DNA of 64,000 nt from contig CAVXWZ010000002.1 in the NCBI GenBank assembly GCA_963765575.1, positions 352,001-416,000 on the forward strand, read 5' to 3'. The stretch is from an uncultured cyanobacterium (lineage in GTDB: Bacteria; Cyanobacteriota; Cyanobacteriia; PCC-6307; Cyanobiaceae). The position numbers and the translations under genes were made by a program. Below, piece by piece: positions 20,552-34,309 of this stretch. Under the pieces are notes generated by a model that saw only the letters and a list, made by a program, of their open reading frames with translations, made no database searches and had not been told where the DNA came from. Within the stretch, counting starts at the first letter, position 1. The number at the start of each line of letters is the position of its first letter.

Positions 20552-20965
20552 TTGAGTGAACGACCTCAGGGGACGCCTGGCTTGGATCAACGCACACGAA
20601 TCGTGGCAGCAGTGCTGCGCAACCTCAAGCTGCCGCCGCGCTTTCGTCTCAAGCTGGTCAAGGAAGATCCGGTGCGGCTTGAGCTCAGCCTCACCCCCGC
20701 CTACGGCAAGGCCGCCCTCCTCGTGGGCCTGCTCGAATCGCAGGATCTTGTGGCCCGCCGCGACCGCGAGGGACGCATTCCCCGCGACCTGCAGGGCACC
20801 TGGGACTGGACCGTCCGCCACGGGAAGGTGAGCACCGGCGGCTGGAACCCCTACCTGAAGGAAGCCCTGCAGACCATGTTCGAAACGGGACTGCCCGCCA
20901 TCGTCTACGAGGAACTCACCGGCGAGGCCTACCACCCTGTGGATGGCGTGCGTCACGTGCGCTGA
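20552..20965 (+). CDS. Conserved picocyanobacterial hypothetical protein
   Basis: Intact 137-aa ORF with good codon bias, co-oriented with its neighbours. Confidence 0.78.
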   Translation: MSERPQGTPGLDQRTRIVAAVLRNLKLPPRFRLKLVKEDPVRLELSLTPAYGKAALLVGLLESQDLVARRDREGRIPRDLQGTWDWTVRHGKVSTGGWNPYLKEALQTMFETGLPAIVYEELTGEAYHPVDGVRHVR

Positions 20966-20986
20966 GCCAGCCCCCCTGAGGCCGCC

Positions 20987-23521
20987 ATGGTGCTTCAGCC
21001 CCTGCCCATCGATGTCCTGCTGCCGCAGTTGAGGCAGAGCGTGCATCCAGCGGGGGCCACCGTGCTGCTGCAGGCTCCTCCCGGCGCGGGCAAGACCAGC
21101 CGCGTTCCAGCCGCTATCGAGCCCATGCTCAGCGGCCGGGTGTGGATGCTGGAGCCCCGCCGGATTGCGGCCCGCACCGCCGCCCAGCGCCTGGCCGCCG
21201 AGCGCGGAGAGGAGCTGGGCGGTGTGGTGGGCTACAGCGTGCGCCTGGAGAGCCGCACCAGCGCCGCCACCCGCATTGAGCTGCTCACCGAAGGGCTGTT
21301 CCTGCAGCGCCTGCAGGCCGATCCAGCCCTTGATGGCGTGGACTGCGTGATCTTCGACGAGTTTCACGAACGCAGTGCCGACGCCGACCTGGCCCTGGCG
21401 TTGTTGCGCCAGGCGCGGGAAGTGCTGCGCCCTGATCTGCGCCTGGTGGTGATGTCGGCCACCCTGGCGCTCGAATCCCTGGCCCGCCAGCTGCCGGAAG
21501 CGCTGGTGCTGCACAGCCACGGACGCGGCTTCCCCGTGGCGATCAGCCATCAGCCGCCGCGGGCCGACGAACGGCTCGAGCAACAGGTGGTGCGGGCCCT
21601 GGAGCAGCACTGGCTGGACCAGGGCCAGGCGGCGGAGAGTGTGCTGGTGTTTCTGCCCGGACGGCGGGAGATCGAGCACTGTGCCCAGGCCATCGCTGGC
21701 GCCGCCTGGAGCGCCGGGCTGGAGCTGGTGCCCTTGCACGGCAGCCTCAGCCTGGCTGAGCAGACCCGGGCGATCGCGCCCGCCCGCGGCCCTGCCGGCA
21801 AGGTGGTGCTCGCCACCAGCATCGCCGAGAGCTCCCTCACAATCACCGGCGTGGCGCTGGTGATCGATGCCGGGCTCAGCCGCCGCAACCGCTTCGATCC
21901 CGCCCGCGGCATGGACAGCCTGGTCACCGTGCCCGCCAGCCTGGCCAGTGCCGAGCAGCGGGCCGGCCGGGCCGGCCGCCTGGCCCCGGGGCGCTGCCTG
22001 CGGCTGTGGTCGGCCGCCGACCAGCGCCAGCGTCCGGCGCAGGATCTCCCTGAGCTACTGGAGAGCGACCCGTTGCCCCTGGCCCTGCAACTGGCCCGCT
22101 GGGGGGCCCCCCTGGGCGAGGGCCTGCGCTGGATCGACCCGCCGCCGCCGGCGGCGCTCGCGGACGCCCGCCGCCTGCTGTTGCAGCTGGGGGCCCTTGG
22201 GGGCGGCGGCCAGCTCAGCGACCATGGCCGCGCCATGGCGGCCCTCGGCCTCCATCCGCGGCTGGCCCACCTGCTGCTGTTGGGCCACCAGCGGGGCCAC
22301 GCCCACCTGGCCTGCGAATTGGCGGCATTGCTCAGCGAACGGGACCCGCTCCCGCGCCAGGAGGCGGGCTGCGACCTGCTGCGGCGGCTCGACTGGCTGC
22401 GGCGGCAATCCTCCCGTCATCCCATGCAGCAACTGGTGCGCCAGTGGCAGGGGCAGCTCCGGAAGGGCTCATCGGCCCGCCGGCCGGCCGACGAGCACAC
22501 CAGCGGCGCTGGCGAGGACCTCGCCGCCGCCCTGCTGGTGGGCGAGGCCTTCCCCGAATGGCTGGCCCTGGCCCGGGAGGGGCAGCCTGGTCGTTTTCTG
22601 CTGCGAGGCGGCCAGGGCGCCCTCCTCCCCGCCAACGATCCCCTGGGCCGCCAGGCGGCCCTGGCCGTGGGCGTGCTGGATGGGGAAGGCAGGAACGCCC
22701 GCATCCAACTGGCCCTGCCATTGCCGCTGCAGGAGCTGCAGCGGCTCGCCCAGGAGCGCGGCACGACGGAGAGCAGCGCCGTGTGGGATGACCAGGCCGC
22801 CAGGGTGCGCTGCGAACGCACCCTGCGGCTGGGGGCCCTGGTGCTGGAGCGGCGCCCCTGGCCGGAGGCGGCGCCGGAGCAGGTGCATGGGGCCCTGCTG
22901 CAGGGCCTGCAACGCCTCGGGCTGGGCGCCCTGCCCTGGACGCCAGGCTGCCGGCAATTGCAGCAGCGCCTCTGCCTGGCCCATCAGCACCGCGGCAGCC
23001 CCTGGCCCGATCGCCACGATGCTCTGCTGGCGGCAGAGCTGGAGACCTGGCTGGGGCCGCAATTGATCGGCCTCTCCAGTCTGATGGAGGTGCGGCAGCT
23101 CGACCTTCGCGAAGCCCTGTGGGGCGAGCTGGGGTGGTCTTTTCGCCAGGAGCTGGATCGGCTGCTGCCCGGCAGCCTGCCCGTGCCCTCCGGGCGCCGC
23201 GTCGCACTTGACTACGGCAGCGGCGTGCCCGTGCTGGCCGTGAAGCTGCAGGAAATGTTCGGCTGCAGGCAGACGCCGTCCGTGCTGGAAGGGGCCCTGC
23301 CAGTGACGCTGCACCTGCTCAGCCCGGCCGGCCGACCGGCCGCCATCACCCGCGATCTGGCCGGTTTCTGGCAGCACGCCTACAGCCAGGTGCGACGCGA
23401 ACTGCGCGGTCGCTACCCGAAACACCCCTGGCCTGAGGACGGGGCCAACGCCAAGCCCACCGCCGACACCCAGGCCCGGCAGGCAGCCGCTGCAGCACGA
23501 AAGGCTCAGCTGAACAAGTGA
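20987..23521 (+). CDS. hrpB: ATP-dependent helicase HrpB
   Basis: APPGAGKT, EPRRIAAR, DEFHER, MSAT, QRAGRAGR, C-terminal ELRGRYPKHPWP. Confidence 0.95.
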   Translation: MVLQPLPIDVLLPQLRQSVHPAGATVLLQAPPGAGKTSRVPAAIEPMLSGRVWMLEPRRIAARTAAQRLAAERGEELGGVVGYSVRLESRTSAATRIELLTEGLFLQRLQADPALDGVDCVIFDEFHERSADADLALALLRQAREVLRPDLRLVVMSATLALESLARQLPEALVLHSHGRGFPVAISHQPPRADERLEQQVVRALEQHWLDQGQAAESVLVFLPGRREIEHCAQAIAGAAWSAGLELVPLHGSLSLAEQTRAIAPARGPAGKVVLATSIAESSLTITGVALVIDAGLSRRNRFDPARGMDSLVTVPASLASAEQRAGRAGRLAPGRCLRLWSAADQRQRPAQDLPELLESDPLPLALQLARWGAPLGEGLRWIDPPPPAALADARRLLLQLGALGGGGQLSDHGRAMAALGLHPRLAHLLLLGHQRGHAHLACELAALLSERDPLPRQEAGCDLLRRLDWLRRQSSRHPMQQLVRQWQGQLRKGSSARRPADEHTSGAGEDLAAALLVGEAFPEWLALAREGQPGRFLLRGGQGALLPANDPLGRQAALAVGVLDGEGRNARIQLALPLPLQELQRLAQERGTTESSAVWDDQAARVRCERTLRLGALVLERRPWPEAAPEQVHGALLQGLQRLGLGALPWTPGCRQLQQRLCLAHQHRGSPWPDRHDALLAAELETWLGPQLIGLSSLMEVRQLDLREALWGELGWSFRQELDRLLPGSLPVPSGRRVALDYGSGVPVLAVKLQEMFGCRQTPSVLEGALPVTLHLLSPAGRPAAITRDLAGFWQHAYSQVRRELRGRYPKHPWPEDGANAKPTADTQARQAAAAARKAQLNK

Positions 23522-23546
23522 GCAAGGCTCAACTGAACAGGTGAGC
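23501..23546. repeat. 23-bp imperfect tandem duplication at the hrpB/HAD convergent junction
   Basis: AAGGCTCAGCTGAACAAGTGAGC followed by AAGGCTCAACTGAACAGGTGAGC (21/23 identical). Confidence 0.88.
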
Positions 23547-24323
23547 GAAGCCAAAGTGCCGCAGTCCCTCCAGGATGCCACCGCATCCAGAGGCGCTGGC
23601 GCCATAGATGCCCGGCAGCTGCGGCAACCGGCAGCGCAGCTCGGGCTCGGCATTGCCCACCATGATTCCGGCCAAGCCGGTTTCGAACATGGCCAGGTCG
23701 TTGAGGCTGTCGCCGGCGGTGACCACCAGGCCCTGCTCGAGGGCAAGCCACTCCAGCACCAACAGCAGGGTGCTGCCCTTGTTCACCCCCAGCGGCAGCA
23801 CGTCGAAATAACGCCGATCGGAGAGCAGACAGTCCACCCCATGGCACTCCAGCCGGGGAATCAAGGACAGGTCGAAGCACTCCGGGTCGTAGAGATAAGC
23901 CAGCCGGCGTTCGCGGCTGATGGGCTGCAGCGAAAGACCGGCAACTCCGGCCAGCAACGGCGCCAGTCGCTCGGGCTTGCCGTGCCAGCGGGCCTCAATC
24001 GTCTCCAGCAACTCCGGCAGGGGGCGCAGGCTGCTGCCGCAGGCCACGGTGCAGCCCACGTCGCTGATCACCAGATGGGGAACCGGCAGCCCCAGCGGCC
24101 CCTGCTCCGCCTGCAGGCGCTGGATCGAGGTCAGGCTGCGTCCGGTGCAGAACACATGCAGCACCCGCTCACGCCGTTGGCTCAGGCCGCTGTAGAGGCG
24201 CAGCCGCTCGGCAGCCTCACCCGCCAGCAAGGTGCCATCGAGATCGGTCACCAGCACCAGGTCTGGTGCGGCGGGCAGGGGAGCAGCGAGCTGCCGTTCC
24301 AGCCGCCAGCGGCGCTCGTGCAT
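23529..24323 (-). CDS. HAD-IIB sugar-phosphate phosphatase (sucrose-phosphatase / GgpPS phosphatase-domain-like)
   Basis: VTDLDGTLL, CTGRS, SDVG, DVLPLGVNKGS, AGDSLND, GCGGILEGLRHFGF; ATG at 24323 preferred over 24593. Confidence 0.85.
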   Translation of the reverse strand: MHERRWRLERQLAAPLPAAPDLVLVTDLDGTLLAGEAAERLRLYSGLSQRRERVLHVFCTGRSLTSIQRLQAEQGPLGLPVPHLVISDVGCTVACGSSLRPLPELLETIEARWHGKPERLAPLLAGVAGLSLQPISRERRLAYLYDPECFDLSLIPRLECHGVDCLLSDRRYFDVLPLGVNKGSTLLLVLEWLALEQGLVVTAGDSLNDLAMFETGLAGIMVGNAEPELRCRLPQLPGIYGASASGCGGILEGLRHFGFAHLFS

Positions 24324-24359
24324 CGCTGGCCTGGTGGGCACCAACCCCGACGGCACTGG

Positions 24360-24404
24360 GGCGCTGACCGCAGACCCCACGGCGCTGACCGCAGACCCCA
24401 CGGC
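24360..24404. repeat. 21-bp tandem repeat GGCGCTGACCGCAGACCCCAC x2
   Basis: Exact copies at 24360-24380 and 24381-24401. Confidence 0.9.
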
Positions 24405-24734
24405 TGGGGCGTCCCCCGATCGCCGGCCAGCCGTCAAGGCACGAAACCAGTCGCAAGGACCGGGTGTGGGGGCGTCACGCCATCGCCATGCTTGTGTCCA
24501 GTGTGGCCACCGATCGGCTCTCGAATCCGACCATGCTGTCCCGGATCGGGCGTGGCGGGGCACTCGGGCTGGGCTCCGATCAGCATGCTTCACACTGGCC
24601 GCACCGACCCCAGGTGCTACCGCCTGGGCCTGCCCCTCATCCTCTGCTCATGGATCTGCCGGTGATGGCTCTGCCACGGGCAAAGGCGCTGGGGAGCCAC
24701 CAGACCCGTGGGCTCGTTCAGCCGCAGCGCTGCC

Positions 24735-25943
24735 ATGGCTGAGACTCCCCTGCAGCGCTACAGCGTCGCCAGCCTCAACCGGGCCATTGGCAGCCTGCTG
24801 GAGCGCGGCTTTGCGCCCCGCTTCCTGCTCGATGCCACGGTCAGCCGGCCCCAGCTCAAGAAGGGGCACCTGTGGATGACTCTGGTCGACGAAACGGCCT
24901 CGATCTCCGCGGTGGTCTGGGCCAGCCAGCTCGCCAAGCTGAGCTTCCAGCCCGACGAAGGCGACGGGGTGGTGGTGGTGGGCACCCTGAATTTCTGGGC
25001 GGCCCGCGCCAATCTCTGTGTCCAGGTGTTCGACCTGCGGCCCAGCCTGTCCAGCGTGCTCAGGCGCTTTGAGCGGGTTCGGGATCGCCTGGCCCCGATG
25101 GGGCTGTTCGAGTCCGAGCGCAAGCGTCCCCTGCCGGAGACGCCGGACTGCATCGCCCTGCTCACAAGCGTGCCGAGCTCGGCCCTCGCCGACATGCTCC
25201 GCACGGCCGCCGAGCGCTGGCCCGCCACCCGCTTGGTGGTGGTGCCCATCCCGGTGCAGGGCAACGTCGAAGGGCAGATCACGGCGACGCTGGAACACCT
25301 CGGCAGCCACAGGGAGCGCCTGGGCATCGAGGCCGTCGTGCTGGCCCGCGGCGGCGGCAGCCGGGAGGATCTGGCGGTCTTCGACGGCGAGGCGCTGGCG
25401 CTCGCCATCGCCGCCTTCCCGCTGCCGGTGGTGAGCGGTATCGGCCACGAAGACGACACCACCATTGCCGATCTGGTGGCCGACCACAGGGCCGCCACCC
25501 CGACCGCGGCCCTGGTGGCCCTCCTGCCGGATCGCCGCCAAGCCCGGCCAGCGCTACAGCAACTGCGCCGCCATCTGGGTCAGCTGCTGCGCCTGCGGCT
25601 GCAGGGAGAACACCAACAGCTGGGGCGGCTGCAGGAGCGGCTGGGCCAGCTTCACCCCCGCGGTCTGCTGGAGCGCCGCCGGGAGGATCTCGAGCGCACC
25701 CGGCGCCTGCTGCTGGCACTGTCGCCGCAACACGTTCTGGAACGGGGCTTCAGCCTGGTCCATACGGCCACAGGCCGACTGATCCGCAGCGCATCCGAAC
25801 TGCACCCTGGCGACAGACTGGAGCTGACCCTCGCCGATGGCCGGGTCGATGGCCAGGTGGTGAGCGTGCACCAGCGCGAGGCGCATCGGCACCAGGCCCT
25901 GCGCCAGAGTCGTGGGCGTCGCGCCGATCCCTCCGGTGCCTGA
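24735..25943 (+). CDS. xseA: Exodeoxyribonuclease VII large subunit
   Basis: YSVASLN, OB fold, PVQG, ARGGGSREDL, SGIGHEDD, ATPTAA, LERGFS. Confidence 0.94.
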   Translation: MAETPLQRYSVASLNRAIGSLLERGFAPRFLLDATVSRPQLKKGHLWMTLVDETASISAVVWASQLAKLSFQPDEGDGVVVVGTLNFWAARANLCVQVFDLRPSLSSVLRRFERVRDRLAPMGLFESERKRPLPETPDCIALLTSVPSSALADMLRTAAERWPATRLVVVPIPVQGNVEGQITATLEHLGSHRERLGIEAVVLARGGGSREDLAVFDGEALALAIAAFPLPVVSGIGHEDDTTIADLVADHRAATPTAALVALLPDRRQARPALQQLRRHLGQLLRLRLQGEHQQLGRLQERLGQLHPRGLLERRREDLERTRRLLLALSPQHVLERGFSLVHTATGRLIRSASELHPGDRLELTLADGRVDGQVVSVHQREAHRHQALRQSRGRRADPSGA

Positions 25944-25949
25944 GGATCC

Positions 25950-26279
25950 ATGGCCCTGAAGCCCAGTCAAGACCGGAGCCGAGGCCGCCGCTCAGCCGCT
26001 GAGGGCGGCGCTGAGCAGGGCAGCCATGACGACGGTGGTGCCGCGGATCTGAGCTATAGCCAGGCCCGAACCGCCCTGGAGCTGGTGCTGGCGGAACTCC
26101 AGGCCAGCGATCTGGACGTTGAGGCCATGGCCGGGCTCTATCGCCGGGGCCAGGCCTATGCCGAGCGCTGTGAGGCCATTCTGGAGCGGGTTGAGCGGGA
26201 GGTGCTGGTGTGGGACGGCCTCCACGATCCCGAAGCTCCCCCGCGCGCTGTCGTGGATGGCTTGCCGCTGGTCGAGTGA
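25950..26279 (+). CDS. xseB: Exodeoxyribonuclease VII small subunit
   Basis: LSYSQARTALELVLAELQASDLDVEAMAGLYRRG; follows xseA. Confidence 0.9.
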   Translation: MALKPSQDRSRGRRSAAEGGAEQGSHDDGGAADLSYSQARTALELVLAELQASDLDVEAMAGLYRRGQAYAERCEAILERVEREVLVWDGLHDPEAPPRAVVDGLPLVE

Positions 26280-26338
26280 GAGGGTCGACCGCGGACGGCA
26301 TCCCTGAGCTGATGAGTCCATTCCCCACCTGAGCCCCG

Positions 26339-26755
26339 ATGACCGTCTCACCTCAGCCACTGCAACAGCCCAGCGGCCGCACCAACAGTTGGCTGCAATG
26401 GATCTACCTGGCCCTGGCGGTCGCGGGGGCGGTGCTGCCCTGGCTGGCCAATCTGGAGTTCATGCGCAACAGCGGCCCCAGCTTTGATCTGGGACTGTTC
26501 ATCCAGATGGCCTCCGCCAACCCGGCGGCAGCCTCCCTGTCTCGCGACCTGGCCATCGGGGCCACAGCGGTGCTGATCTGGATCATCCAGGAAAGCCGCC
26601 GGCTGAGGATGCGCGGGCTGCCCTGGGTGCTGCTCAGCTGCCTCACCATCGCCTTCGCCTGTGGCGCTCCGCTGTTTCTGTTTTTGCGCGAGCGACGGCT
26701 GGCCCAGCTGGCAGCCGAGGCCGAAGGTGAGCACGGTGGAGCTCAGCTGCCCTGA
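26339..26755 (+). CDS. DUF2834 family membrane protein
   Basis: YLALAVAGAVLPW, ANPAAASLSRDL, PLFLFLRER. Confidence 0.82.
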   Translation: MTVSPQPLQQPSGRTNSWLQWIYLALAVAGAVLPWLANLEFMRNSGPSFDLGLFIQMASANPAAASLSRDLAIGATAVLIWIIQESRRLRMRGLPWVLLSCLTIAFACGAPLFLFLRERRLAQLAAEAEGEHGGAQLP

Positions 26756-27129
26756 TCGTCCACTTCAACCACCTCCACGTCGATGGTGGCGTCTGAGGCT
26801 CGGATCCCCTGGGCAGCCCCGGGGTCGCGAGAAGCCGCAGTGGCGGCGCCAGAGCCCAATGGGCTGGCGGCGGAGGGATCAAAGGGGGCGCCGCAGGCCG
26901 GACAGCCATCGCTTCCCAGACTGGTGAAGCCGCAGGCGGGGCAGGTGCGCAACCGGCGGCGCAGCAGCTGCCATCCCACAAAGCCCGCAACCCCGAACAG
27001 GACAGGCAGCAGTAGCAACAGCAGGGTGAGACCACCGAGAAGGTCGAGCAGGAAGCGCCCAGCGGGGCCTGGAGCCAGCAGCAGCAACAGAGCCAGGAGG
27101 ATCCAGGGCCACAGGGTCTGCCGTTGCAT
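26743..27129 (-). CDS. Conserved membrane protein with zinc ribbon (CPACG...CPACG)
   Basis: ATG at 27129, two TM segments, two CxxC pairs, DATIDV tail. Confidence 0.78.
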   Translation of the reverse strand: MQRQTLWPWILLALLLLLAPGPAGRFLLDLLGGLTLLLLLLPVLFGVAGFVGWQLLRRRLRTCPACGFTSLGSDGCPACGAPFDPSAASPLGSGAATAASRDPGAAQGIRASDATIDVEVVEVDDQGS

Positions 27130-27131
27130 CG

Positions 27132-28067
27132 TCAGGGAAACTGCCTGTTGGTTCCATCCTGACGCCGACCCAAGGCAATGGAGAGGCATTGGCCGTAATA
27201 GACGATGGCTGCCACCATCCACACCCAGAGACTGAAGACGAGCACGCCACCCACAACGCCATAGGCCTGAAAGCGACCACCGAGGACAAGGAGGATGCGG
27301 CCGAGGAGTTGATTCAGGAGCGTGAGTGCGGCAGCGATGAAGATGGCGCCGGGAAGCAGCTGGGTCCAGCGGACGTGCCGTGACGGGAGCAACCAGAGCA
27401 GAAGTTGGGCGGCGGTAAAGGAGAGCGCCAGAGCCACCACCACATCCACCCCGTAACCCACCGGCTGCTGCCAACCCTGAACGAACGGCAGATAAACGTT
27501 GAGCCACGCCTTGACACCGGCTGGAACCTGCACCGGCACCCGGGACACCCGCTGATCGAGAATGAACAGGAGCGAAAACAAGGCCAGGAGAGCCATGGCC
27601 TTGAGGCGCAACTGAACTTGATGCCGCAATGCCCGCAGCCAGGAGTCATTACCGCGGTGGGGATCACCGTTCCACCAGAGGCGGTCAGCACCACGACTCA
27701 AGGCCAGGAAGGCGTTGCTGGCGGTGAACACCAGCACCACCAAGCCGAGGATGCCAGCGCCGGCACTCTGACGGACAAATCCCACCAGCGCACGCTCAAG
27801 GACGGGAAGGAACTGCACGGGCAGAAACCCGAGCAATGCCTCCCGCAGTTGGGTGACGAGCGCAGCATCACGGCCCAGGACCCAGGCAATGAAGGACAGT
27901 GCGATCAGCAGGATCGGCAACAGTGACTGCAGGGTGTAATAGGCAAAGGCGGCGCTGAGGTCGGCACAACCTTGTCGATTCCAGATCAGGATTGCCCGCC
28001 AGAAGGGCCGCCCGAGGACGGCCAGAGACTTGGTGGAGACAGCCAAGGCCTGGCTGAGCCGGGGCAT
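27132..28067 (-). CDS. YihY/virulence factor BrkB family membrane protein
   Basis: LSAAFAYYTLQSLLP, YGVVGGVLVFSLWVW, YYG. Confidence 0.88.
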   Translation of the reverse strand: MPRLSQALAVSTKSLAVLGRPFWRAILIWNRQGCADLSAAFAYYTLQSLLPILLIALSFIAWVLGRDAALVTQLREALLGFLPVQFLPVLERALVGFVRQSAGAGILGLVVLVFTASNAFLALSRGADRLWWNGDPHRGNDSWLRALRHQVQLRLKAMALLALFSLLFILDQRVSRVPVQVPAGVKAWLNVYLPFVQGWQQPVGYGVDVVVALALSFTAAQLLLWLLPSRHVRWTQLLPGAIFIAAALTLLNQLLGRILLVLGGRFQAYGVVGGVLVFSLWVWMVAAIVYYGQCLSIALGRRQDGTNRQFP

Positions 28068-28759
28068 AGCGCGGAAACTGCAGCCATTCAAAGGTTAGCG
28101 GTCAAGCTCGGTGAACCCAAGCAAGAAAAGCTAGAGCCGCTGCCTCAACAGCAACAAGAAGTAGCGGAGCCAGGAGCAAAGAGCAAGCGTTACGCAGACT
28201 CTCCGTGCAGAAACTACTACAGACAAGTCTGAGCCGAATCGCCTGGCAAACCAGGCTCTGACCCAATACAGGTTGAGGGATGTCTCTAGGCGTGGAGCAC
28301 TTCAGGCAGAAAGCAGAGTGACGCTAACTCCAGCAGTTACCAAGAGGAGACTAGGTGCGGCCAAATATCAAGAAGATAATGGCTCGAGCAGAATTAAGCT
28401 GAGCCGGATTTGAAAAGAATTCTCAGAAGATTTTCACTATTTGAGCAGATCTGACGAGATGACAATCGGCAACTCTTTCTGGAATCAGCACCCTGGAAGT
28501 GTGCCCACAGACGCTGGCTTCTAAACTCAGATCCACTGCCCGCAACTCTGCCGCAGGCAATCGTGTGGAAGGCTCTCACCAGAGCACGGCGAACTGACAG
28601 TCCCGCACCAAAGCACGACCGGCGGAATGCTCTCACGGTAAGCAGCGCAGCAGCTGCAGGCCAGCTACCACTGGGGGGATGCCACTGGGCGGCTGCCGCA
28701 GGCTAGCTGCTGCGTCACACCCTCAGCGGAGCTCAAAGATCATCAAGGTGAAAGATAAC

Positions 28760-28877
28760 TCCTGGCATCGACCTATTCTCTCAGGGGGCTACCCCCCAAA
28801 TACCGTCGGCGCTGCAGCGTTTCACAGCCGAGTTCGAGATGGTTCGGCGTGGGTCCACTGCGCCATGGACACCAGGA
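28760..28877 (-). rRNA. rrf: 5S rRNA
   Basis: Reverse complement TCCTGGTGTCCATGGCGCAGTGGACCCACGCCGAACCATCTCGAACTCGG...GATGCCAGG. Confidence 0.95.
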
Positions 28878-29064
28878 ATTTCTTCACTTGTCAGGGTGAA
28901 CCCTGAGAACTGCATAGGTATCCTTAATCCACTCACCACCAGCTCAACACCCGCAGCTCTTCACTGCAGGCGCTCACCGGCGGCCTCACGGCTCAAGGTT
29001 CCAGACAAAAGCATGGTCGTCTCCATCCCTCAACGGGACGTCAATGACCTTTCGCCATGGTCAT

Positions 29065-31948
<2,884 letters not shown>

Positions 31949-32401
31949 AATTTTGCCTCAACTCATTCATCATCACCAACATCTCTCTCCCTGACCTGGT
32001 TCATTGCTGATCCAAGCAGCTTGATGATCTCGGTTAGACTCTTTCGTTGAGGCCTCTTGGCTCTAAACTCAATAGAATCTCCAAATCCAGTCCTCCATCA
32101 ATTACTATCAACTGAACCACCCCAGGCAATCTCTTGCCCATTGATGGTCAGCATCCTGCTCTTAATGGCGGCTAAACTTGGCATCCATGAGATGCTTTTG
32201 TCCAGACTTACCTATACAGTTGTCAAGGTTCTACTGGCTTCTTCTCACCCCCTCGTGAAGGTGTGAATCCAGCATTCAAAATCTGCTCGTCATCACGTCC
32301 TGTGATCACAGCATCAAGATCCTGAAGGCTGGAATCTGACCCAGTTCTTGCAATCCCGTCTCGTCACCCCCTCAGCTCCACTGCTCGGCTGGTTGTTTCG
32401 C

Positions 32402-32433
32402 GCTTGCCTGCTTGCTTGCCTGCTTGCTTGTCT
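32402..32433. repeat. Short tandem repeat (GCTTGCCTGCTT)x2 plus a partial copy in the ITS
   Basis: gcttgcctgcttgcttgcctgcttgcttgtct directly 3' of tRNA-Ala on the transcript. Confidence 0.75.
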
Positions 32434-32455
32434 TGGCTCAGCGCTCCCGTTGGTA

Positions 32456-32528
32456 TGGAGGTTAGCGGACTCGAACCGCTGACATCCTGCTTGCAAAGCA
32501 GGCGCTCTACCAACTGAGCTAAACCCCC
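32456..32528 (-). tRNA. tRNA-Ala(TGC)
   Basis: GGGGGTTTAGCTCAGTTGGTAGAGCGCCTGCTTTGCAAGCAGGATGTCAGCGGTTCGAGTCCGCTAACCTCCA. Confidence 0.97.
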
Positions 32529-32537
32529 AATCGCGAA

Positions 32538-32611
<74 letters not shown>

Positions 32612-32825
32612 AGGAGCTCTTCCTCTATGGGGTGACCTAGACAAAGTTTAGGAACTGATCGTGATTCCTCCCCTCCAAACCTGATCCATCAAGTCCTGAT
32701 CTCTCAAAACTCAATCGCTCAGACTTCTGGTTTGGTTCACGTCGAGGTACCGATCGACCTAAGGTGACAGGACACTGGCCTGAGATCATTTCTGCTCAGA
32801 CATCAATGTCAGGTTTGTCTCCCTG

Positions 32826-34309
<1,484 letters not shown>

